Shown here piece by piece: positions 8,322-15,801 of a stretch of DNA of 22,356 nt; the first letter of the stretch is position 1; each line of letters begins with the position of its first letter. The position numbers and the translations under genes were made by a program. The notes beneath the pieces are model-generated. The model did no database searches. It was given only the letters and a program-made list of their open reading frames with translations, and was not told the DNA's origin. The stretch lies in IMG/VR virus record IMGVR_UViG_3300028840_003717; one strand, given 5' to 3'. Source of the DNA: a virus.

Positions 8322-8771
8322 GTGGACCCCATCCTGGAGCGGCTGACCTGGGCCACCATAGACGGAGCCAACACGGATTTTCAGACGTCCGTGGCCTATT
8401 GGCCAGGGACCCTCCGGGTCTACCTCAACGGCCAGCTCATCGGTGAGGCGGACGATGACGGACCGGTGGAGCTGGGGGGCCTGGACTTCCGCCTGGGGAT
8501 CGCCCCCAGGGTGGGGGACTACCTGGACGCATGGTTCCGGACGGAGGCCCCCACCCCGGGAGCCTACGTCCGGCCACCCCGGCCGGCCAAGGCCGTCCAC
8601 CTGACCCCGGACCCCCAGGCGGCCGTGGACCTCCGGCCGGTCCCCCAGGCCACGGAGGTCCCCGATGACGTGGACCTGACACCACGGCCCTCCAAGGCTG
8701 TGGAGCTGACCCCGGAGGGCCTGGCGGCCGTGGACCTCCGGCCCAAGCCTGTCCGAGCTGAGGAGGTATGA
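8322..8771 (+). CDS. 'LNGQL' module protein with C-terminal V(D/E/H)L(T/R)P repeats (149 aa)
   Basis: SD GGAGG, GTG start. Paralogous module followed by five ~10-aa Pro-rich repeats. Confidence 0.75.
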   Translation: MDPILERLTWATIDGANTDFQTSVAYWPGTLRVYLNGQLIGEADDDGPVELGGLDFRLGIAPRVGDYLDAWFRTEAPTPGAYVRPPRPAKAVHLTPDPQAAVDLRPVPQATEVPDDVDLTPRPSKAVELTPEGLAAVDLRPKPVRAEEV

Positions 8772-8772
8772 C

Positions 8773-9822
8773 ATGGCGGCCATCAAGACATTTTTCGTGG
8801 TGGAGTATCTGGACAACGTCCTGACCACCTATGACCAAATGAAGGTCTATCGGACCCTGGACCCCGTGGCTGGCCCGTGGGTGGAGGTCACTGGTCCGGG
8901 GACCAGGGTGGACCTGGTGGCCGGCCAGTCCCTCTATGAGTTTCTGGACCCGGCCGGGACCACGGACTCCTGGTATGCCTGGGCCTACTTCAACTCCGTC
9001 AGCCTGGCGGAGGGGAGCCGGTCTGAGGCCATCCAAGGATCGGACACCGGCGGCCTCTACGCCACGGTGGAGGACCTTCGTGAGGAGGGGGTCACGGTGG
9101 CCATGCTGGACGATGACCGGGCCTTGGCCAAGCTGACCACCTGGAGCCAGGCCATCGAAGCCTGGACCGGGAGGTGGTTTGAGCCACGGTCCAGGACGTT
9201 CCAGCTTGACGGTGACGGAGGGGAGGTCCAGCGGATCGGCCACCCCATCGTCCAGATCAGTGACGTCAAGCTGATCTCCGGCCGGGGGGTGTCCGGGTGG
9301 GACACGGACACCTATGACCTGGAGGACCTGGTGGTCTACAACCGTCACCTGACACAGGGCCTCCTCCGGCCCGATGACAGGATGAGGCCCAAGCTGGCCG
9401 TGGCGGACGTGGAGGGCCGGTTCTCCAGCCTGTCCCTGGCGGACTTCCCAAGGGGGAGGGCCAACATACAGGTGACAGGGATCTTTGGCTGGACGGAGCT
9501 ACAGCCTGGGGACCCTGTTGGGGAGACGGAGCCAGGCTCACAGGTCCCCCTTTCCTACGGGTCCACCCCAAAGCTCATCCGCCAGCTCACCCTCCTCCTG
9601 GTGGTCCGGGACCAGGCCCAAATGGCGGACCTGGACAGCCGGGAGGATTGGTCCATGAGGTGGCGGCTGTTGAGTGAGAAGACCAGGGACCAGTCCTATA
9701 CCATGGCGGCCCTGGGAGGTGGGGCCGGCGGGATGACCGGGGCCTGGACCGGGGACCCTGTCATTGACGGGATCATCGCAACCTACAAGGCCGGCTCCAG
9801 GTCCATGGCGGAGGCCGTGTGA
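8773..9822 (+). CDS. Head-tail adaptor/connector with N-terminal FN3-like extension (349 aa)
   Basis: SD GGAGGT. YATVEDLRE motif, SQAIEAWTGRWF, FPRGRANIQVTGIFGW, PKLIRQLTLLL and SEKTRDQSYT are typical of HK97 gp6/SPP1 gp15-type adaptors. Confidence 0.8.
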   Translation: MAAIKTFFVVEYLDNVLTTYDQMKVYRTLDPVAGPWVEVTGPGTRVDLVAGQSLYEFLDPAGTTDSWYAWAYFNSVSLAEGSRSEAIQGSDTGGLYATVEDLREEGVTVAMLDDDRALAKLTTWSQAIEAWTGRWFEPRSRTFQLDGDGGEVQRIGHPIVQISDVKLISGRGVSGWDTDTYDLEDLVVYNRHLTQGLLRPDDRMRPKLAVADVEGRFSSLSLADFPRGRANIQVTGIFGWTELQPGDPVGETEPGSQVPLSYGSTPKLIRQLTLLLVVRDQAQMADLDSREDWSMRWRLLSEKTRDQSYTMAALGGGAGGMTGAWTGDPVIDGIIATYKAGSRSMAEAV

Positions 9823-9869
9823 TGAGGGGGAGGCTGATCCAACGGTGGTTTGATTCGTGGCGGTTGTAG
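9822..9869 (+). pseudogene. Orphaned original 5' end of the head-closure gene (mini-ORF MRGRLIQRWFDSWRL*)
   Basis: ATG overlaps the adaptor stop (TGATG). The first 8 codons encode the same peptide as the start of 10349..10846, then the frame stops at TAG 9867-9869. Confidence 0.8.
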
Positions 9870-10372
9870 TGACATCATCCGTCCATGCCATTGAAGGACC
9901 CGGAGGCAAGGCGGGAGTATGAGCGTCAACGGAGGGAGCGGATCAAGAGTGACCCGGACCTCCTGGAGCGGAGGAGGGAGCAGAACAGGCGAGGACAGCG
10001 CAAGCAACGCCAGCTCCATCCAAACCGTGTCAAGGCCACGCAAAGACGATACCACAGGGCCAACCCTGGGAAGGCAAGGGAGGCCATCCTTCGGAGGGAC
10101 TACGGGATCGGGATCTCGGACTATGACAAGATGGAGGAGGCCCAGGGTGGCCTTTGCGCGATCTGTGGGTCTGCGGAGACAACCAATGACCCAAGGACTG
10201 GCAAAGTCAGGCGGCTGGCCGTGGACCATGACAAGAAAACAGGATGTGTCCGTGGGCTCCTGTGTCGCCGGTGTAACACGGCCATCGGCCTCCTGGACCA
10301 CGACTCCAACCGGCTCAACAGGGCCGTGGAATACCTGGAGGTGAGCCGGTGCGCGGAAGGCTAATTCAGAGG
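9846..10372 (+). mobile_element. 527-bp free-standing homing-endonuclease-like insertion carrying a recoded host-gene start
   Basis: Deleting 9846-10372 joins MRGRLIQR to FRATIKR in frame and restores the TGATG coupling to the adaptor gene. The segment contains a nuclease gene and is more A-rich than its flanks. Confidence 0.75.
9885..10364 (+). CDS. Endonuclease VII (T4 gp49-like, HNH/His-Me) family nuclease (159 aa)
   Basis: YGI...QGGLCAICG...LAVDHDKKTGCVRGLLCRRCNTAIGLL signature with two CxxC pairs and DH/N catalytic motifs. Arg-rich N-terminal extension. Confidence 0.92.
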   Translation: MPLKDPEARREYERQRRERIKSDPDLLERRREQNRRGQRKQRQLHPNRVKATQRRYHRANPGKAREAILRRDYGIGISDYDKMEEAQGGLCAICGSAETTNDPRTGKVRRLAVDHDKKTGCVRGLLCRRCNTAIGLLDHDSNRLNRAVEYLEVSRCAEG

Positions 10373-10846
10373 TTTCGGGCCACCATCAAGCGGCTGGACA
10401 CGGCGGCCACGGGGACGTCCCCAGGCTATGACTCCGTGTTCCGTGAGGTGGTCAGGACGGACACGGACGGGGACGGGATCGGGGAGCCGGGGAGGGCCTA
10501 CCACCCGGAGGAGGTCATCACCGTCCAAATGGACCCCACCACCCTGGACACCCTCCAGGCCCACACCCTGGGCCAGGACCCGGACTATGACGTGGTGTTC
10601 CTGGCTCACTTCCGTGAGCTGGAGGCCCTGGGCCTGGTGGGGACGGACGGGATGGCCCTGATCCAGGAGGGGACCAGGCTGGTCAAGGTGGAGGACCTTC
10701 GTGGGAACCAGGTCTATCAGCCCAGGGACACGGAGGAGGCCGGCCTGGAGGTCACCGGGGTCACTCCTGTTGGGTGGGGCCTCAACATGGCCAGCCCCTC
10801 CAGGAACCTGTTGGAGGTCCGGCTGTCCAGGCGGAGGCTGGAGTAG
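10349..10846 (+). CDS. Probable head closure/stopper protein (165 aa)
   Basis: SD GGAGGTGA at 10337-10344, GTG start. Lies between the adaptor and the virion morphogenesis gene. GYDSVFRE motif and beta-rich pattern. Confidence 0.7.
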   Translation: MRGRLIQRFRATIKRLDTAATGTSPGYDSVFREVVRTDTDGDGIGEPGRAYHPEEVITVQMDPTTLDTLQAHTLGQDPDYDVVFLAHFRELEALGLVGTDGMALIQEGTRLVKVEDLRGNQVYQPRDTEEAGLEVTGVTPVGWGLNMASPSRNLLEVRLSRRRLE

Positions 10847-11557
10847 ATGGCCAGGGGGTCCACGGTCCGGCTCCAAGGGGACTGGAACGGCCTGGCCAGG
10901 ATGATGACCACGGTGTCCTCCAGGTCCATGTGGAGGATGGCCAGCTCCAGGGCCATGGGCCGCGAGGCTCACCGGCTCCATGGGATCATTGTCAAGGGCT
11001 TCAACTCCCAAGGCCCCAAGGGGGTCAAGTGGAAGAAGCTGGCCAGGATGACGATCGCCCTCCGGAGGGCCGTCCACGGCCGGAGGGGGACCAAGGCCCT
11101 CATGTTGTCCGGAGACATGAGAGCGTCCGTGAAGGTGGTTCAAGAGGGTGAGGACTGGTTCGTGGGTGTCCACCGTTCCGAAAAGGGGAAGGGGGGAAAG
11201 TCCATGGTGGACATAGCCTCCGTCCATGAGATGGGCTCCAAGAAGCCCATCCGGATCAAGGTGACCCCCAGGATGAGGGCCTTTTTCATGGCCATGTTCC
11301 TGAAGACCACCACCCCAGCCCATCGGAAACGGATGGCCCGGTCCAAGCGGTCCGGCAAGCCAGGCCGGGGCCGTATGCCGAAATACGCGATCCTCCCCCT
11401 GGCCAAGTCCACCAAGGTCATCGTGGTCCGTATCCCGGCCAGGCCGTTCATCGGCCCGGTGTGGGAGGCGGAGAAGGACAAGTCCGCGGCCAACATCATC
11501 AACGGGACCCTGGCCAGTATGGGGATGGGGAAGTATGTCAAGGGTCTGAGACGCTAG
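10847..11557 (+). CDS. Virion morphogenesis / neck protein (P2 gpS, Mu gpG, HK97 gp10-like; 236 aa)
   Basis: KWKKLARMTI, LMLSGDMRAS, IASVHEMGS and IPARPFIGP motifs. Very basic. Confidence 0.85.
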   Translation: MARGSTVRLQGDWNGLARMMTTVSSRSMWRMASSRAMGREAHRLHGIIVKGFNSQGPKGVKWKKLARMTIALRRAVHGRRGTKALMLSGDMRASVKVVQEGEDWFVGVHRSEKGKGGKSMVDIASVHEMGSKKPIRIKVTPRMRAFFMAMFLKTTTPAHRKRMARSKRSGKPGRGRMPKYAILPLAKSTKVIVVRIPARPFIGPVWEAEKDKSAANIINGTLASMGMGKYVKGLRR

Positions 11558-11729
11558 CCTGTGGCCCTGGCGGCCTCCAGGAGTCCGGCTGGAGGCCCGG
11601 AGGTATGTTGGGCCGTCCGATCGTTCCGAGGCTCCACGGGCCTCCTGGCGGCCCTCCTGGCCGTGGACCAGCCACACCCCCTTGTCCTGTTCGGGTGGGG
11701 TGTGGTGTGGTAGGCTAAGGTCCGACACC
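11558..11729 (+). promoter_or_regulatory. Structured intergenic region with three inverted repeats and a candidate promoter
   Basis: Stems at 11572-11580/11589-11597, 11633-11639/11661-11667 and 11672-11680/11697-11705. 15-mer at 11686-11700 and TAGGCT at 11711-11716. Confidence 0.45.
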
Positions 11730-12695
11730 ATGACGGCCCCAACGATAGCCACGATCACCCCCACGGAAGGCCACCCTGGGGGGACCTATGTCCTCCGGGT
11801 GGAGGGGGCGGACTTCCAGCTCCCACCAGCTCCGGCGGCCTCCGGCTACGTGGGAGGGGACGTCCCTGTGTCCATGGAGCTGGAGGTCAACGGTGTCCAG
11901 GCGGAGGAGGTCAAGGTGTTCTCCACCAGCCTCCTGACGGCCCTGGTCCCGGCCTTTGAGGGAGACCCCGGGGACCTGGAGACCGGCCTGGCCGTGGACG
12001 TCACCATCCGGAACCTGGACTCCGGTCCAGGGCCGGAGGAGACAACCTACACGGACCTGTTCACCTATCGCCGGACGGCCCTGGCCGGCCGGGAGGGGAT
12101 CGTGGTCAGGGTCATCCGGGAATTCATCCTGTCCCTCCGTCGCCAGGTCCTGGACAACGTGGCCCTGGCCACGGACACGGCCTATGACCCGGAGACGGGT
12201 GACGCCCTGGACACGGTGGCCCTGGCGGACACCCCAGGGATCGCCCTGTTTGGTCCGTCCCTGACGGAGGACCTGTTTCGGCGGAGGCCCACGGGGGAGG
12301 CTCCCCAGGATGCCGGCCTGACGGAATACACCAGGTTCAGGGAGTCCAGCTACATGGTCCTGGGCTTCGATGGAGCGATCGTGGTCAGGGACTCCATGAT
12401 TGAGCTGGTCCAGCTCCAACAGGAGGTGGTCCTGTTCTTTCGGCGGAACCCGGACCTGGTGGTGGCCGTTGACCCTGGGGACGCCAGCCTGGGGAGGGCC
12501 AAGCTGGAGCTGTGGCTAACGGCCCCACCCACGGTGACGGACAACGTCAACCTGGGGGGGACGCGATCGGCCTCGTTCTCGTGCGAGATCCGGAGCGTTC
12601 CGGTTGATGATGATACGTGGCTCCCGGTGGAATGGGGGACCGTCCTGGCGGACCCGGCGGACCTCAACATCCTGACCGGACAGGTGGAGGAATGA
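11730..12695 (+). CDS. Probable tail terminator/completion protein with N-terminal IPT/TIG domain (321 aa)
   Basis: APTIATITPTEGHPGGTYVLRVEGADF...STSLLTALVP...VDVTIRN...FTY is an IPT/TIG pattern. The C-terminal domain and pre-sheath position suggest a terminator. ATG at 11730 is preferred to the TTG at 11682. Confidence 0.7.
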   Translation: MTAPTIATITPTEGHPGGTYVLRVEGADFQLPPAPAASGYVGGDVPVSMELEVNGVQAEEVKVFSTSLLTALVPAFEGDPGDLETGLAVDVTIRNLDSGPGPEETTYTDLFTYRRTALAGREGIVVRVIREFILSLRRQVLDNVALATDTAYDPETGDALDTVALADTPGIALFGPSLTEDLFRRRPTGEAPQDAGLTEYTRFRESSYMVLGFDGAIVVRDSMIELVQLQQEVVLFFRRNPDLVVAVDPGDASLGRAKLELWLTAPPTVTDNVNLGGTRSASFSCEIRSVPVDDDTWLPVEWGTVLADPADLNILTGQVEE

Positions 12696-12696
12696 C

Positions 12697-12990
12697 ATGG
12701 CCAAGGTGACCCTGATCGGGTTGGCCCGGAGACGGCAACAATTCCAGCTCCCCCATGGCGTCTACTGTGAGGCGGCTGGGGAGTGTCGGTGTCAGGACGT
12801 GACGGTCCGGACCCTGGTCCTCAACCCCAAGACAGGGGAGCGGCTGACCAGGATGGTGAGCCACCGTGTCCCCGGGACCATTGAGGTCCCCTACAAGGGC
12901 CAGGTGGAGATCGATGAGGCCATCCTCCGGTGTCCCGGGGTCAGGGCGGCCCTCAACTCCAGACCACGAAAACTCCGGCTCACCAGGTGA
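12697..12990 (+). CDS. Small basic Cys/His-containing protein preceding the sheath (97 aa)
   Basis: SD GGAGG, coupled to the upstream stop. Contains HGVYCEAAGECRC. Confidence 0.7.
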   Translation: MAKVTLIGLARRRQQFQLPHGVYCEAAGECRCQDVTVRTLVLNPKTGERLTRMVSHRVPGTIEVPYKGQVEIDEAILRCPGVRAALNSRPRKLRLTR

Positions 12991-12999
12991 GTCCGGCTA

Positions 13000-13020
13000 C
13001 CAGGTAGAGGACAGGCGGAG
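13000..13020 (+). promoter_or_regulatory. Repeated upstream motif CCAGGTAGAGGACAGGCGGAG
   Basis: 19/21 match at 3115-3135. Related copies at 350-366 and 15863-15882. All are intergenic and ahead of structural genes. Confidence 0.55.
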
Positions 13021-13047
13021 CCCACAGTGAGCCAATAGGAGGAGACA

Positions 13048-15276
13048 ATGGCGAACGCGCAACTTCTCGCCAGCAAGATCGTGGTGACGGAGGAGGAGCC
13101 CAGACTCCGGACCATCCCGGCGGCCCCCACGGCCGTCATCGCGGCCATGGGTGTGGCGGAGCGGGGACCCGTGAGGACTCCCACCCTGGTCCAGTCATGG
13201 GAGGACTTCCTCAACACGTTCGGCGGATTCATCACGGACGGCGATCTGGCCATGGCCGTGTATGGGATCTATCGCCAGGACCCCGGGGCCTCCGTGTGGG
13301 TCACCCGTGTGGTCCACTACGATGACCTGACGGACCCGGACAACCCGGACAGCTCCGCCGCCACGGTGGACCTGGACGGGACCACGGCCACGGCCGTGGG
13401 TGGGGCCGTGACCTCCGGGAATGCTGGGCCGTTCAACCTGGAGCCTGGACAGACCCTGGTCATCCACTGCGATGAGGATGGAGGCGGCCCGGACACGGTG
13501 ACGTTCAACGCCACCAGGGCCACCGTGGCCGGAGCCGGCCTGGCCATCGTGGACCTGACCGGCCTCACCCTGGTCATCACCGTGGACGGTGGGGACCAGC
13601 AGATCATCACCTTCGCCGGGACGGAGGCCACGGCCCAGGACGTGGCGGACACCATCAACGCCAGCCTCCTGGGGGGTGTGGCCATCGTCAACGCTGGGGA
13701 GGTGGACCTCTACGGGGACGTCCGGGGAGCTGGTGGCAACATCACGATCGATGCCAGCTCCACGGCCCTGGCGGAGATCGGCCATTCTGCCGGCTCCACG
13801 GACGGGACCGGGACCTCCGGCCTCCTGGACATCAACGCGGTGACGGCGGCGGAGGCCAAGACCATCATTGAGGCCGGGGTCACCAATCCCGTCACCGGTG
13901 TGACGGTGACGGAGGAGACGTCCGGGGCCATCACCATCACGTCCAACACCACCGGGGTGGCCAGCTCCGTCCAGGTGGAGGTGGCCTCCACGGCGGCCGG
14001 GTTCGGGTTTGACAACGATCTCCACCAGGGATCGGCGGAGTCCACCGGACCCGTGGTCACCGTGGACGGCAAGTATCACGGGACCTATGCCCAGGACCTC
14101 ACCGTGGACGTGGAGGAGGCCACCAACGGGGACGCGGACTACTTCAACCTGTCCGTCAAGACCAGTGACGGCCTGGTCCTGGAGATCTTCCCCAACCTCC
14201 AGGTGGCCGATGACACGGCGGCGGACTTCATTGAGGCCGTGGTCAACGCGGAGACCGGCGGATCGCGCTACATCACCGTGACGGACCTGGGGACCACCAA
14301 CAGGCCGGACGATCAGTCCGTGGTCCCGGCCGGCGGAGACGATGGGATCACCAGCCTGGCCCCGGCGGACTTCGTGGGGGACTCGGCTGGCGGGACCGGT
14401 GTCCACGCCTTTGACACCGTCCAGCTCATCACCCTCCTCATCGCCCCTGGCCAGGCTTCCGCGGCCGTCCAGAACAAGCTGGTGGAGTATTGTGAGTCCG
14501 AGCGGCAAGGGTTCTGCCACGCCCTCCTGGACTCGCCGGAGGCCAACACGGCGGCCCAGGTGGTGGCCTACATGACCAGCTCCGGCCTGAAGAACCTGTC
14601 CGAGCATGGCTCCATGTATTGGCCCTGGATCAAGGTCCTCAACGTGGACAAGACCGTGTTCGGATCGGAGGAGGAGATCACGGTCCCGCCGTCCGGCTGG
14701 ATCGCCGGGGTCATCTCCAGGACGGACGCCAGCTCCCCCGGCGGGATCTACCAGCCGGCGGCTGGAATCGAGCGGGGACGGATCTTTGGCTGTCTCGGGT
14801 TTGAGACGGATGATGTCCTCCGTGAGGAGGTCCGGGACCTGGTCTACCCGGAGCGGATCAACCCCATCACCACGGAGCCGGGACTCCCGCGCTACCTGGA
14901 CGGGATCTGGACCCTGAAGGGTGGGGGAAACTTCCCCACCGTCCCGGAGCGGAGGGCTGCCAGCTACATCGAACGCCAGGTCAAGTCCGGCCTCCAGTTT
15001 GCGCGACACAGCAACAACGATGAGGCCCTACGGGCCAGGGCCTTCCGGACCGTGTTCGCGTTCCTCTACACACAGATGAACCTGGGGGCCTTCCGGACCC
15101 GGGTCCCGTCCACGGCCTTTTTCGTGGACTTCTCGGAGGCCCTGAACCCCCCGTCCGAGATCAACCAATACAAGCTCAACGGCCGGATCGGCTTGGCCAC
15201 ACAGAAGCCGGCGGAATTCATCGTCCTGAAGTTCTCACAGGACACCAGGGCCTTGGAGGAGGAGCTGGCCGGCTAG
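13048..15276 (+). CDS. Contractile tail sheath protein (742 aa)
   Basis: GVAERGPVRTPTLVQSWEDF..FGG, YWPWIKV, VPPSGWIAG, ERINPI and IGLATQKPAEFIVLKFSQ sheath signatures. Confidence 0.96.
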   Translation: MANAQLLASKIVVTEEEPRLRTIPAAPTAVIAAMGVAERGPVRTPTLVQSWEDFLNTFGGFITDGDLAMAVYGIYRQDPGASVWVTRVVHYDDLTDPDNPDSSAATVDLDGTTATAVGGAVTSGNAGPFNLEPGQTLVIHCDEDGGGPDTVTFNATRATVAGAGLAIVDLTGLTLVITVDGGDQQIITFAGTEATAQDVADTINASLLGGVAIVNAGEVDLYGDVRGAGGNITIDASSTALAEIGHSAGSTDGTGTSGLLDINAVTAAEAKTIIEAGVTNPVTGVTVTEETSGAITITSNTTGVASSVQVEVASTAAGFGFDNDLHQGSAESTGPVVTVDGKYHGTYAQDLTVDVEEATNGDADYFNLSVKTSDGLVLEIFPNLQVADDTAADFIEAVVNAETGGSRYITVTDLGTTNRPDDQSVVPAGGDDGITSLAPADFVGDSAGGTGVHAFDTVQLITLLIAPGQASAAVQNKLVEYCESERQGFCHALLDSPEANTAAQVVAYMTSSGLKNLSEHGSMYWPWIKVLNVDKTVFGSEEEITVPPSGWIAGVISRTDASSPGGIYQPAAGIERGRIFGCLGFETDDVLREEVRDLVYPERINPITTEPGLPRYLDGIWTLKGGGNFPTVPERRAASYIERQVKSGLQFARHSNNDEALRARAFRTVFAFLYTQMNLGAFRTRVPSTAFFVDFSEALNPPSEINQYKLNGRIGLATQKPAEFIVLKFSQDTRALEEELAG

Positions 15277-15336
15277 ACGCGGCCCATGACGATGGCCGGG
15301 GCCGTCCAGGCGGCCCTCCGGCCCAGGAGGTGACAC

Positions 15337-15801
15337 ATGGCGGTCCTTGGTGAGGTGACGCGGTTTCAGCACAAATACCGCTTCGACGTCCAGATCGATG
15401 ACTTCCAACACGCAAGGTTCCAGACCTGTTCGGAGCTGTCCGTGGAGGCGGCCAAGATCGAACATTGGGAGGGGGGCTCCCTCATCCCCTACAAGGAACC
15501 CGGCCGGCTGACCTTCACGGACGTCACCCTGGAGCGGGGGGTCACGGTGGACCGTGACCTCTATGACTGGTTCCTGGAGGTGGCGGACGCGGTGGCCAAC
15601 ACCGGACGGGTGATCCCCAAGTTCAAGCGAGACGTGGACATCGTCCAATACGGCCGAAACGGATCAGTCCTCCGCCGGTGGACCCTCCTGGGGGCCTGGC
15701 CCGTCAAGTTTGTGGCCGGGGAGTGGTCCAACGATGATGACGGGGTGGTCATCGAATCCCTCACCCTGACCTTTGACCTGTTCAAGCGTCCGGAGGACTA
15801 G
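15337..15801 (+). CDS. Tail tube protein, T4 gp19-like (154 aa)
   Basis: YRFDVQID, FQTCSELS, PGRLTFTDVTLERGV, LYDWF, RRWTLLGAWPVKF and VIESLTL motifs. Follows the sheath gene. Confidence 0.95.
   Translation: MAVLGEVTRFQHKYRFDVQIDDFQHARFQTCSELSVEAAKIEHWEGGSLIPYKEPGRLTFTDVTLERGVTVDRDLYDWFLEVADAVANTGRVIPKFKRDVDIVQYGRNGSVLRRWTLLGAWPVKFVAGEWSNDDDGVVIESLTLTFDLFKRPED

Noticed and set aside
9846-10372. Group I intron or intein explanation for the nuclease insert
   Set aside because: Only about 40 non-coding nt flank the nuclease ORF, too little for a ribozyme core. The insert is 527 bp (not a multiple of 3) with in-frame stops and no intein motifs. The duplicated start with its own SD makes splicing unnecessary.
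9822-10372. Transposon target-site duplication or assembly artefact
   Set aside because: The two copies differ at 8 of 24 nt, all silently. No transposase or terminal inverted repeats are visible.
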